The notes beneath the pieces were generated by a model. It saw only the letters and a program-made list of their open reading frames with translations, was not told the DNA's origin and did no database searches. A stretch of DNA of 49,749 nucleotides. It comes from Bacilli bacterium (GTDB lineage: Bacteria > Bacillota_I > Bacilli_A > RF39 > UBA660). The stretch covers positions 1 to 49,749 of the forward strand of contig JAFTRC010000022.1 in the NCBI GenBank assembly GCA_017462455.1, read 5' to 3'. Each line of letters begins with the position of its first letter. Position 1 is the stretch's first letter. The position numbers and the translations under genes are program-made. Below, in pieces: positions 29,581 to 39,123 of the stretch.

Positions 29581-29630
29581 ATTTTAATTTTTTTACTACC
29601 ATATTTTTTATCTTTTATTAAAGTTAATTT
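29581..29630. repeat. 50-bp perfect direct repeat, copy 1 (orphan duplicate of the rsmD 3' end)
   Basis: Identical to 30105-30154: ATTTTAATTTTTTTACTACCATATTTTTTATCTTTTATTAAAGTTAATTT. Confidence 0.9.
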
Positions 29631-29675
29631 ATAATTTATAATTTATATTTTTTAATTATAGAAATTTACTAAAAA

Positions 29676-30074
29676 CTACTTCAGACGCATATCTTCTTTT
29701 ATTTTTGAAGTTGATATACCTTCTGTCCTATCTAAGTATATTACTTCACAATATTTTTTTAAATATTCAAATTGTTCAGATCCGGCCCAATCACTTCCCA
29801 TGACAATAACATCTACTTTATATTTTTTAATGTCTAAAACTTTCTGATTCCATTTTTTTTCTGGTATAACCAAATCTACATATTTTATAGATTCTATCAT
29901 TTTTTTTCTTGTTTCATAATCATAATATGATTTTTTCCCTTTAATTTTATTAAATTCATCTGTAGATACAGCTACTATCAAATAATCACCCAAAGATTTA
30001 GCGCGTTGCAATAACCTTATATGACCATAATGTAATAAATCAAATGTTCCATACGTTAATATTCTTTTCATCAT
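29676..30074 (-). CDS. tagD: Glycerol-3-phosphate cytidylyltransferase (copy 1)
   Basis: TYGTFDLLHYGH, STDEFN, MGSDW, RTEGISTS. Confidence 0.95.
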   Translation of the reverse strand: MMKRILTYGTFDLLHYGHIRLLQRAKSLGDYLIVAVSTDEFNKIKGKKSYYDYETRKKMIESIKYVDLVIPEKKWNQKVLDIKKYKVDVIVMGSDWAGSEQFEYLKKYCEVIYLDRTEGISTSKIKEDMRLK

Positions 30075-30091
30075 TTTCTCCTACTATTTTA

Positions 30092-30625
30092 TTATATCTG
30101 ATAGATTTTAATTTTTTTACTACCATATTTTTTATCTTTTATTAAAGTTAATTTCTCATTTTTTATTTCTTCATCTTCATATTCACAAACTATAATTCCA
30201 TCTTCATTTAATAAATCATATTTAACTATTTTTTCTAGACAATCTGTAATTAAATTTAATTTATATGGAGGATCTAAAAATATTATATCAAACTTAATAT
30301 TACTATTTTTTAATAGTTCTAAAGCATTTTTGTAATCACTTTTCATAATATGTATTTTTTCATTCATATCTTTAGTATTCTTTTTTATTATATTTATAAG
30401 CTCTATATTATTATCAACAAAATATGCTTCTATAGAACCATTACTTAAAGCTTCTATTCCTAAAGAACCACTACCCGCAAAAAGGTCTAATACAACACTT
30501 CCTTTTATTTTATTTTGTATTATACCAAACAATGATTCCTTAACTCTATCCATAGTAGGTCTAGTGCCATCTATATCAAATCCTATTAAATTCTTTCCTT
30601 TATATTTACCACTTATAACTCTCAA
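30092..30625 (-). CDS. rsmD: 16S rRNA m2G966 methyltransferase RsmD
   Basis: RVISGKYKG, TRPTMDRVKESLF, LDLFAGSGSLGIEALS, FLDPPY; likely TTG start at 30625. Confidence 0.95.
   Translation of the reverse strand: MRVISGKYKGKNLIGFDIDGTRPTMDRVKESLFGIIQNKIKGSVVLDLFAGSGSLGIEALSNGSIEAYFVDNNIELINIIKKNTKDMNEKIHIMKSDYKNALELLKNSNIKFDIIFLDPPYKLNLITDCLEKIVKYDLLNEDGIIVCEYEDEEIKNEKLTLIKDKKYGSKKIKIYQI
30105..30154. repeat. 50-bp perfect direct repeat, copy 2 (inside rsmD 3' end)
   Basis: Identical to 29581-29630. Confidence 0.9.
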
Positions 30626-30647
30626 TTTAATCACCAATATAATTTTA

Positions 30648-30872
30648 TCATGAATTTAAAGATGAAACAATAGCACTTACCATTTCAAAAGTAGATAACA
30701 TTTTATTTATTTTATCACTAGGTCTTAATTTGTAATTAGTTTTAACTTCCTCAACAAATTCATTAAACATACTAGGATCTCTATTTAAAATCTTATACCA
30801 ATAAGAATTTTCATGAAGATATTTTATATATAAAGGATTACTTTTTAATTTAAATTGAACATCTAAAGTCAT
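30648..30872 (-). CDS. ylbE: YlbE-like protein
   Basis: YLHENSYWYKILNRDP motif; follows ylbD. Confidence 0.85.
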   Translation of the reverse strand: MTLDVQFKLKSNPLYIKYLHENSYWYKILNRDPSMFNEFVEEVKTNYKLRPSDKINKMLSTFEMVSAIVSSLNS

Positions 30873-31267
30873 TAGTCCTCAAAATGTTTGTACAAAGGTC
30901 TTGGCTTATAGGTTTGTTTTTGATTAGTAGATGTTGTATTATCTTTTTTAGATAAATCTTGAACCACTCCAAGCACTCTTTGAACACTCCCAATACTTTC
31001 TTGAATGCCATCCAAATCTACATTTTTAAACCAATTAACAACTTCACTTAAAGTAAGCCCTGCTATACCAGCTTTAGCTACTTTTTCTGTTTTTGTGGTC
31101 TTTTCCTCTACTTGAGGTGTAGTTATATAATCCTTCCATATATTTTCGTCTTCACCATATAAATCATACATTTCATAAAATTTTTGCCAGGTCATCTCAT
31201 TATTTTTTACATAACTAATAAGTTTGGGATTCTTTTGAACAAATGATTTAAATTCTTCCTTTTTCAT
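30872..31267 (-). CDS. ylbD: Spore coat protein YlbD-like
   Basis: FKSFVQKNPKL...TWQKFYEMYDLYGED...W; ends with KHFED. Confidence 0.85.
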   Translation of the reverse strand: MKKEEFKSFVQKNPKLISYVKNNEMTWQKFYEMYDLYGEDENIWKDYITTPQVEEKTTKTEKVAKAGIAGLTLSEVVNWFKNVDLDGIQESIGSVQRVLGVVQDLSKKDNTTSTNQKQTYKPRPLYKHFED

Positions 31268-31292
31268 ATACTCACCTATTTAAGTTTATGCT

Positions 31293-32184
31293 TTAAATTT
31301 TAGATTTTTCTATTATTTTTTCTAAATATTCATTGTCCTCTATTTTATTTATTCCAAAACATTTCTTACCTAAACCTTTTAAACTAGTTGAAAATCTCCA
31401 GATGATATAAAGTATTATCAGCAATTATAAAGCGATTATGAAATATATTTCAATATTTTATTTTTAAATTAGAATATCGTTGATTAAATCTGTTTATATC
31501 TAATTTAGTTAAGTAATGACTACTAATTACTAAATCTACGCTTACATTTTCTTTTTTATATATAAGCATATCTAATATACTTTTATCTATATAATTATCT
31601 ATTATAATTATTCTATTATTAGCTTTTTTTATTAATTCAATTATCAAACTATATGAATCATAGATTTTTCCGTTAAAGAATATCTTTTGTTTCTCTACTC
31701 TTTTAGGTTCCAATCTATCAAATAATTCATCTATTTTATCTTTGCACTCAATCATTTCATACTCAACTGTAGTTAACCTTCTAAATATAGCTTTATTTTC
31801 ATTTATAAATTTTATCATTGCTACAAAAGTTCTCAATATTTTTACACTAACGCTAGCTGCATTTTCTGTTCTTAGTACAGTAGCTAACATTGCAACTCCT
31901 TCTTCCGTAAATACTTGAGGATTATATTTTGAATACTGATTTTGTTTTAATTCTAAGGTTCTAAAATGGAACCTTAGAAATTTTACTTCTTCTTCTATTA
32001 ATTGAAAATAAAAATCATCTGGAAATTTTTCTATATTTCTTTTAACTGCTTTAATAATATCCTTTGTTCCGTTTTTGCATCCATATAATATAACTAAATC
32101 AGAATCCAACATTACTTGTTTTCCTCATATTTCATAAATTAAATTTTCTATTTTTATTTCTTTTTTAATTATTACAGCGTTCAT
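31293..32184 (-). pseudogene. ORF6N-domain DNA-binding protein pseudogene
   Basis: SD GGAGG and ATG at 32184 give MNAVIIKKEIKIENLIYEI*GKQVMLDSDL (TGA at 32125-32127). Second TGA at 31450-31452 (KIKY*NIFHNRFII), then a frameshift before SLKGLGKKCFGINKIED. The ORF track shows only the middle fragment 31450-32112. Confidence 0.85.
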
Positions 32185-32243
32185 TGCATTCCTCCCTACT
32201 AATATTATATTGTAAAACTTTTTGATTTCCTTTTTTTATACAG

Positions 32244-32277
32244 AAAAAAGTAGAAAAAATTATTTTTTTCTACTTTT
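32244..32277 (-). terminator. AU-rich terminator after the acyltransferase fusion gene
   Basis: AAAAGTAGAAAAAA / TTTTTTCTACTTTT inverted repeat. Confidence 0.55.
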
Positions 32278-32283
32278 CATTTG

Positions 32284-35190
32284 CTATTCAAAACTTTTTA
32301 TTACAGCTTCACTATATAGTTTTACACCTAAAGTACTATTTGGATGAATAAAATCAACCATGTATAATGAAGTATCTTTATCTTCTAAAAATTCTCTAAT
32401 ATATATATTTGGATTAACAAAATAGTAGTTATTTTCTTCAGCATATTCTTTTAATGCATCGCTATACTCATCTAACATATTGTTTTTTGCTTCCTCATTT
32501 AATTTTGATACTGTATCATTCGATAAAGAAAACCATGGACTTATTAAAATTATTTTAGCTGATTTATTTGATTTTTTTATTAATTTAATTATTTTGGTAA
32601 TATTTTTTATGTATTCTTCTTTAGTCATAGAGCAAGTTTCTTTGTTACGATACCTAACATCATTAGTACCAAGTGCAATAAAATATAAATCGCTATCAGA
32701 ATTTAATATCTGTTCTTTGTAATCCGAATATATTAATTTAGTTGTATATCCACCTTTTGAAATATTAACTATAGTTTTATTATTAAAACTATTCATCAAT
32801 GGTTCATACCAAGGATAATAATCATTTTTTGTTCCTTCTGTAATACTATCCCCAATAAATGCTACTTTTTTACTATCGTTTATTAATTTATACAATTCAT
32901 TATCTTCATAATCATTTATCTCATCTAAAAACAAATAATCTTCAGTATAATAATTGTTATTTATAAAATAATATTTTTCTTTAACATGATCTACAGATAT
33001 TTCTTTATTTATCATAACTTTAGTAATTAATTTTTGAACTTTTTCAACTCTAGTTAATTCGTAAACAGATAATTCTTCATTTAACTCTTTATTAGTTATA
33101 ATATCATATATTGGAAGAGCTCTATAATAACCAGTTTTATATTCTTGAGTATACATTGGTACTATACTTGAACCAATCACTTCTTTTGTTTCTTTATCAA
33201 TATGAATATTTACTAAAGCTGTTGCATCACCATCATTACCAACATAAGAGTTGGCAAAATTTCCAGGACAATTTACAACAATTGTTTCATTTATATACTC
33301 AATAGGTTGAACAGCATGAGCATGATCTGAAAGAATTATATCTGCTCCTAAATTAGAAAATATTTGATTCCATTTATCTTGAAAATCATTGGTAGTATGT
33401 TTAAATTGAGTTCCCATATGAGCAAAAACCATTATTAAATCTGCTCCTGTTTCTTTTGCTTCAACAAAATCATCTTTAATTTCTTGATATATTTCATCAT
33501 AATAAGGGTTACTTGTATAAGGAATGTAAGAGGTAATATGAGAATTGGTTTCGTATAAAGAATTTATTTTATAACCATTAACTGAACTCAGATATGATAA
33601 GACAGCTACTTTTACGCCTTCTATTTCAACTACAATAACATCTTTCTCTTCTTTTTCCTCCTGATTACGATATGAACCTGTATTTGTAATTTCTAATTCA
33701 TCTAACACATCAAGAGTCCTATAAGCCCCTTTAATACCAGTATCTAACAAATGATTATTAGCAGTTGTTACTAAATCAATTCCAGAATTTTTAATTGCTT
33801 CGGCAAATTCATCTGGATAATTAAGCATTAATTTTAAACCATCTCCGTAATTGCTTGTAGAATATGAAATTCTATCTCCTGCCATTGGACCTTCGAGTAC
33901 ACCTACAGCTAAATCTGCAGCTTTTAAATAAGTAGATGCATATTCAAACATATCGTTAAAATCATAACTATCAGTTTCTTCATTATATGCAGAAGTAACC
34001 TGATCTTTTAATAAAATTAAATCTCCTACATATGAAATTGTAAGTGAATCATCTAAATAATTTTTTAAATCTTCGTCTAACACCTTTATAGTTTCAGTAG
34101 TTGGATATATTGGTTCCTCATTAATTTTATTTACAATAGTTTTTAAAGGATTATATATTAGTACTAATATAGGAATTGCAAATATTGCAATTCTTAAAAT
34201 ATCGCTTACTCTATCCGTACCACTTACTATTCTTTCAGATATACTATTAAATAATTTAGATACGGAATTATTTATTTTTTCGCCTCCAAAAATAATTATA
34301 GTTATTACAGTAGCAATTAAAGAAAATAAAAGATATATAATACTATAATCATTTACCGGAAAAACACAAACAAATAAAATTGTTATAAAACGATGGAATA
34401 AATAAATTAATAATGAATTTCTACCTATTTTTGTTAATATCGGTATTTTTTTATTTGGAACTATTAAAAATGAAATTCCTATCATTATTGCAGATATCAC
34501 AAATATGATTATTCTGTAAATAATATCTTGTGGATTTTTATATGAACCCATTAAAAGCATTTTTTCTGTTATTGTATTATTTCTTATATATAATATTAAC
34601 AATATAGAAAAACTTACTAACAAACAAAATCCTAATAAATAATGTTTGTAGTTTCTCTTTTTTAGGAACGACTCAACTTTTTCTTTAGAAAATTTATATC
34701 CTATTAAGAAAAACGGAAAAAATGCGATTGTTCTTCTTATAGAAAGAATATTACCAAATGATGACCAATAACCAATAAGTAAAGATAAAATAATTGATAT
34801 TGGTATTATTCCTTTTACTTTTGATACTTTCTTTATACACAATCTCCAACAAATGAGTGATAATATATACCAATACGAATTATATGGATTTAAAATGCTA
34901 ATACTCGTTCCTTTTAGAAAATATAAGAAGAACATCATAGCAGTATTAAAAAATAAATAATAAAGCAAAAGTTTTATTAATGATTTAGAACTATCAGAAT
35001 TTTCTGATTTACTAAAATAACCTGATGCAAATATAAAAGCCGGCATATGAAAAGTATAAATAAAAACTACAATATCATTTACCAAACTTCCTATGTTATT
35101 AGATGAATAAGAATAAAGAAAATGACTGAATACTACTAAAAATATTAATATTCCTTTATAATTATCCCAAAATAAATTACGTTTTTTCAT
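32284..35190 (-). CDS. Acyltransferase-3 + CapA (PGA_cap) + SGNH hydrolase three-domain fusion
   Basis: WDNYKGILIFLVVFSH...FHMPAFIFASGY (AT3); VGDL, TANNH, AHMG, DHAH, PGNF (CapA metallophosphoesterase-like); FIGDSIT, GTND, DFIHPN (SGNH). Start moved to MKKRNLF. Confidence 0.85.
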   Translation of the reverse strand: MKKRNLFWDNYKGILIFLVVFSHFLYSYSSNNIGSLVNDIVVFIYTFHMPAFIFASGYFSKSENSDSSKSLIKLLLYYLFFNTAMMFFLYFLKGTSISILNPYNSYWYILSLICWRLCIKKVSKVKGIIPISIILSLLIGYWSSFGNILSIRRTIAFFPFFLIGYKFSKEKVESFLKKRNYKHYLLGFCLLVSFSILLILYIRNNTITEKMLLMGSYKNPQDIIYRIIIFVISAIMIGISFLIVPNKKIPILTKIGRNSLLIYLFHRFITILFVCVFPVNDYSIIYLLFSLIATVITIIIFGGEKINNSVSKLFNSISERIVSGTDRVSDILRIAIFAIPILVLIYNPLKTIVNKINEEPIYPTTETIKVLDEDLKNYLDDSLTISYVGDLILLKDQVTSAYNEETDSYDFNDMFEYASTYLKAADLAVGVLEGPMAGDRISYSTSNYGDGLKLMLNYPDEFAEAIKNSGIDLVTTANNHLLDTGIKGAYRTLDVLDELEITNTGSYRNQEEKEEKDVIVVEIEGVKVAVLSYLSSVNGYKINSLYETNSHITSYIPYTSNPYYDEIYQEIKDDFVEAKETGADLIMVFAHMGTQFKHTTNDFQDKWNQIFSNLGADIILSDHAHAVQPIEYINETIVVNCPGNFANSYVGNDGDATALVNIHIDKETKEVIGSSIVPMYTQEYKTGYYRALPIYDIITNKELNEELSVYELTRVEKVQKLITKVMINKEISVDHVKEKYYFINNNYYTEDYLFLDEINDYEDNELYKLINDSKKVAFIGDSITEGTKNDYYPWYEPLMNSFNNKTIVNISKGGYTTKLIYSDYKEQILNSDSDLYFIALGTNDVRYRNKETCSMTKEEYIKNITKIIKLIKKSNKSAKIILISPWFSLSNDTVSKLNEEAKNNMLDEYSDALKEYAEENNYYFVNPNIYIREFLEDKDTSLYMVDFIHPNSTLGVKLYSEAVIKSFE

Positions 35191-35222
35191 AGTACCTCCC
35201 ATTCAATTTATATATAATAAGA

Positions 35223-35244
35223 AAGTAATGTCTAGACATTACTT
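35223..35244. other. Perfect 22-bp palindrome AAGTAATGTCTAGACATTACTT (terminator/processing hairpin or operator)
   Basis: Exactly self-complementary; overlaps the stop codon of the ATP-grasp gene, ~40 bp upstream of the next SD. Confidence 0.6.
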
Positions 35245-36420
35245 ATATTTTAATTCTTCCCATCTTGGTTTCAAACCGCCATTACAAACTTGAATTCCTT
35301 TGAAAGAATAATTCCAATTTATTTCAACAATAACTGGACCAGTTTCAGTTATTGCTATATCCCAACCTATTGTAGCGAATCCAAAAATAATTGGGTGTAA
35401 ATTTTTAATTAATTCAACGGTTTCTTTCCAATATGGGATTTGATAATTGTTATATACTAGACCAGTTACTGGATGACTAGTAGTTCTTGGCTTATTGTAA
35501 AAATATCCATATTTATCTAATTTACCAGTATTCGTATTGATTGCTATAAATGTTCCTCCTGCATCAGCATTATCAACCACTTGCCCCTTTTTAGCTCCTA
35601 CCCTTATCATAGCAGCTAAAATATGAGTTTTTTCATTCCATCTAGTAGATATAATTCTTAAAGTATTAACTGTTTCATCATTTATTTTATTTATATCCGC
35701 ATGTTGTTTTAAAAACTCTTGAACAAGAAAAGGTTTTTGTATACTACTTTTTATTAAATCTGAAAGAGTAACTTCTTTATTACTTAATTTAATACTGTTA
35801 CCTTTTTTAGTAAGAGCCACTATCATATCTCCATGCGAACCTACTGTAGGTTTGCAAATATATTTTCCATCTGGTAAATTTTTGAATGCAACTCTTGTAT
35901 TTGAATATTTTTCATAAGGAGCAATAACTTTATTGCCTGAAAATGTAAATACAGTATTAGGAATATTATTTGGAAACATACTTCCTACATATGAATAAAA
36001 TACACTTTTGTCGTCTGCAATAATTGAATATCTGTCATTAACATTCGCTTTTCTAACTTTTACTAATGGGTGCTTTTTATGATGAACCATAGCCCTGTCT
36101 TTTTTTACATAGCCAAAATCCAAATAATCATCCATACTTCTAAAATTTTTTATATCTAATCCAAATCTATTATAAAAAAGATTTACTCTATGATATTTAA
36201 AATACCATTTAAAATTATCAAATAGTCTTGTTAAATATTTTTTTCTTTTCATTTCAGGATAAAAAGTCTTTTCACTAGATACCATGAAACACCTAAAAAT
36301 ATTAAATAAAAAACTTCCTCTTAATGATTTTCTTACCTTGCTTGGTAATGTTCTTTGATAAACTTCTTTTATATGATCATATCTCATTTGATCTTCATCT
36401 GAATATACAAAACTTGCCAT
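35239..36420 (-). CDS. Sugar-transfer-associated ATP-grasp protein (ATPgrasp_ST), paralog 1
   Basis: DDKSVF, KPTVGSHG, VQEFLKQH, VNTLRI, DNADAGG, IPYW, GWDIAITETGPVIVEINW. Confidence 0.85.
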   Translation of the reverse strand: MASFVYSDEDQMRYDHIKEVYQRTLPSKVRKSLRGSFLFNIFRCFMVSSEKTFYPEMKRKKYLTRLFDNFKWYFKYHRVNLFYNRFGLDIKNFRSMDDYLDFGYVKKDRAMVHHKKHPLVKVRKANVNDRYSIIADDKSVFYSYVGSMFPNNIPNTVFTFSGNKVIAPYEKYSNTRVAFKNLPDGKYICKPTVGSHGDMIVALTKKGNSIKLSNKEVTLSDLIKSSIQKPFLVQEFLKQHADINKINDETVNTLRIISTRWNEKTHILAAMIRVGAKKGQVVDNADAGGTFIAINTNTGKLDKYGYFYNKPRTTSHPVTGLVYNNYQIPYWKETVELIKNLHPIIFGFATIGWDIAITETGPVIVEINWNYSFKGIQVCNGGLKPRWEELKYK

Positions 36421-36504
36421 ACTAATTCTTCTTTCTATTTCTCCGTATTATTTCAATGCGATAATATTTTATCATTTTTGTTTAATTATTTCAATACCTA
36501 TATT

Positions 36505-38046
36505 TTATAAGTATTTATCTATCATAGTAGATTTTAGACCTTTGTTTTGCATAGATTTAGCTAATTGAACAACATAATAGGCTCCAGTGTTTCCTTCAAT
36601 TAAATCTATACCATTTTCAGTAATAGCAAAATCCCAGCCAATTAATTTAGAACCTTCCACTACAAAAGCAATTTCATTACATAATTTAACTATTTGATCC
36701 CAATTAGGTATATGAAAACCTTTAATTTTTTTATTAGTCATAGGACTTCTTTTATGAATATTATTATTCACATCAATCGCATGAGTATCTACAATTCCAG
36801 TTTTAACATCAACATTAGCAGCTACCCCATTAGCATGAAAATTATCAACAACATCACCATTTCCAATTCTAAATAAAGAACTTACTAATTCACATTTACC
36901 ATTATGTACTATTGTTGTTACTCTCACTGTATTAACAGAGGTTGGACAAAATTCTAACATTTCCTTGCTTTGAACAATATACTGTTCAATAATGGCTTTA
37001 CCAATAGACATTATAAATTCATAAGTTTTCTTATCATTTTTTTCACTTATATTACATTCAAAACATTTTATTCCTACCCCGCAAGTAGAAGATAAAGGCT
37101 TAACGATTATTTTTTTCAATCCTTTAATTTCCTTTTTAAATGCTTCGAATGTTAAATTATCATTTGTAAACCAACGACGCTTAATGTAATCTTTAAAAAC
37201 TTTGTTGAAATTTGATTTTATATCAAAATTATCACGAGTTGAATAATATTCATTGTATTTATTTCTAAGTCTGTCAAAGTTTTTTAAAGTTACATAAGAT
37301 GCCTGTTTTCTTGGACTTTTCTTGTAAAATTTAAAACCTAGATAATCTTCATAGCTACATTCTGATACTGATTTAGCTTTTCTTGTTTCAAATTCAACTT
37401 TTTCTATACTCCATTTAGTTTTTTCACATATTCGTTTTATATATTCTTTTGTATTTTTCCTTATTCTTTTCTTATCCGCTTTTAAGAAATTCGCAATTGA
37501 TTCAATATTTTCTGATTTATAAGCGCCTTTAGAAACAAAATGCTTATAATCAATTCCTTTTTCCTTAGCTTCATCCATTTCTTTTTTTGCTTTTTCCATA
37601 GACCAACCAGTAACTTTTTGAGCTAATTCCAAATAAAATTCATCATTCATTTTTTCTATTTCTTTACATTTTCTTAAATATCCGAGATATTCATCAAATT
37701 TTTTTGAGCTTAATAAATATAAATTTCTATCAAAATAAGTTTTATCAGTTATACCATATTTGTTTACCAAAAATTTTCTAGCAACTATTTCTTCTTTTAA
37801 TATTCCTGTTTTTAGTTTAATTAAATGTAATTCGCTATCTTGTTTTTCAATATAATCATTTATTTTATTATTTAAATCAACTATTTCTTCTTCAGATAAT
37901 TCCCAGGCTCTATTTAAAAGGAATCGCTTATATTTCATGCCATTTTTTCTTGCAAATCTTAATTTTGTTTCTATAACTTCTTTTTCTAAACCACATTTTT
38001 TAATAATCATTTTTTTACTTTTACTCTTTTTTAATTTTTTCTTCAT
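36505..38046 (-). CDS. Sugar-transfer-associated ATP-grasp protein, paralog 2, with repeated N-terminal module
   Basis: KSNFNKVF, VKPLSSTCGVG, EQYIVQ, SVNTVRV, VDNFHANG, IPNW, GWDFAITENG..LIEGN. Confidence 0.85.
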   Translation of the reverse strand: MKKKLKKSKSKKMIIKKCGLEKEVIETKLRFARKNGMKYKRFLLNRAWELSEEEIVDLNNKINDYIEKQDSELHLIKLKTGILKEEIVARKFLVNKYGITDKTYFDRNLYLLSSKKFDEYLGYLRKCKEIEKMNDEFYLELAQKVTGWSMEKAKKEMDEAKEKGIDYKHFVSKGAYKSENIESIANFLKADKKRIRKNTKEYIKRICEKTKWSIEKVEFETRKAKSVSECSYEDYLGFKFYKKSPRKQASYVTLKNFDRLRNKYNEYYSTRDNFDIKSNFNKVFKDYIKRRWFTNDNLTFEAFKKEIKGLKKIIVKPLSSTCGVGIKCFECNISEKNDKKTYEFIMSIGKAIIEQYIVQSKEMLEFCPTSVNTVRVTTIVHNGKCELVSSLFRIGNGDVVDNFHANGVAANVDVKTGIVDTHAIDVNNNIHKRSPMTNKKIKGFHIPNWDQIVKLCNEIAFVVEGSKLIGWDFAITENGIDLIEGNTGAYYVVQLAKSMQNKGLKSTMIDKYL

Positions 38047-38064
38047 ACTACACTTCCTCTACTT

Positions 38065-39117
38065 CTACTTAATTATACCATGCTCTTTGTAAAATTTACC
38101 CAACTTTTTATTTCTTTGTCCACCCCATATTTGAATAATATTCACTCCTGATGATGTATTAGCTTCAATCAATGATGTCCCACTATCTGTAACTAATATA
38201 TCCCAAGCAACGAAATTAAAATAAGGGTATTTTTCCATCACTTTAGTATATGTTTCTTTGATTTTTTTCCAATTTGGAATTTTCACCCCTTTTATTATTT
38301 TATTTGAATCAGGATGTATGTCATATTTTTCATTAGTTTGAATCGTTCTAGCTTCACTAAGTTCTCCTGTTTCTAAATCTATCTTAGAAACAAATCCACC
38401 CTTTGAACCATTATCAACCGGTATAGAGGATTTTCTACCAATGCGCTGTACAGCATATAAGACTTCACATTTTTTTGTTTCTGCATTTCTAACTGTTATT
38501 AAACGTATTGTATTTGTTGTATATTCATAAATATCATCTAAATATTTTGCTTGTTTTATATAATCTGAAATAAACCAATTATCTTTTCTCTTTAATAAAT
38601 TTATTATCTCAGATTCAGATATTACCATATTATTAATTTTTATTTCTTTAGTATTATATTCTATTTTATATATATCCGAACCCTTTCCTTTACTTATAGG
38701 TTTCATAATAAAAGATTGTTTATTTTTTAATAACTTTATTATATCTTTATATGTCTTTATATTCCCGCTTGAATATATTTTTTTACCTTTTTTAAAACAA
38801 TATACTTTTGGAATATCTAAATCATTTTTAAACAAATCAGAGCAAACTACCTTGTTGTTAAGCAAAAAACTATAATTACCATTTATATATCTAGATTTAT
38901 ACCAATCAAATTCTGATAAATAATTTTTTTTGTTTTTATGATTTAAATTATATATAACAATTTGATCGGCCATAAAACCGCCAAATATTGCATAATATAT
39001 TCTTTTGAATATATTAACCTTGAAATGAGATTTTGCAAACAAAATATTAACTATCCAAATTACAGATAACTTAATAAACTTAGTAAATCCATCATAAATA
39101 TTTTTTAATTTATTCAT
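38065..39117 (-). CDS. Sugar-transfer-associated ATP-grasp protein, paralog 3
   Basis: NNKVV, KPISKGKG, TTNTIRL, VDNGSKGG, IPNW, AWDILVTDSG..LIEAN. Confidence 0.85.
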   Translation of the reverse strand: MNKLKNIYDGFTKFIKLSVIWIVNILFAKSHFKVNIFKRIYYAIFGGFMADQIVIYNLNHKNKKNYLSEFDWYKSRYINGNYSFLLNNKVVCSDLFKNDLDIPKVYCFKKGKKIYSSGNIKTYKDIIKLLKNKQSFIMKPISKGKGSDIYKIEYNTKEIKINNMVISESEIINLLKRKDNWFISDYIKQAKYLDDIYEYTTNTIRLITVRNAETKKCEVLYAVQRIGRKSSIPVDNGSKGGFVSKIDLETGELSEARTIQTNEKYDIHPDSNKIIKGVKIPNWKKIKETYTKVMEKYPYFNFVAWDILVTDSGTSLIEANTSSGVNIIQIWGGQRNKKLGKFYKEHGIIK

Positions 39118-39123
39118 TTATTT

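Noticed and set aside
29581-30154. IS element or MITE interpretation of the tagD cassette
   Set aside because: No transposase, no terminal inverted repeats, and 50 bp is far longer than a typical target-site duplication.
31268-31300. Possible sigma-E/K -10 element (CATAAACT) upstream of ylbD
   Set aside because: No convincing -35 at the right spacing; not distinguishable from background.
31450-32127. TGA recoding (genetic code 4/25 or selenocysteine) to explain the in-frame stops
   Set aside because: The same gene also has a frameshift, the first TGA falls where Arg is expected (IRGKQV), and other genes read through normally under code 11.
36447-36495. 11-bp direct repeat ATTATTTCAAT around an internal promoter
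   Set aside because: AT-only-like short repeat expected by chance at this composition; no supporting regulator.
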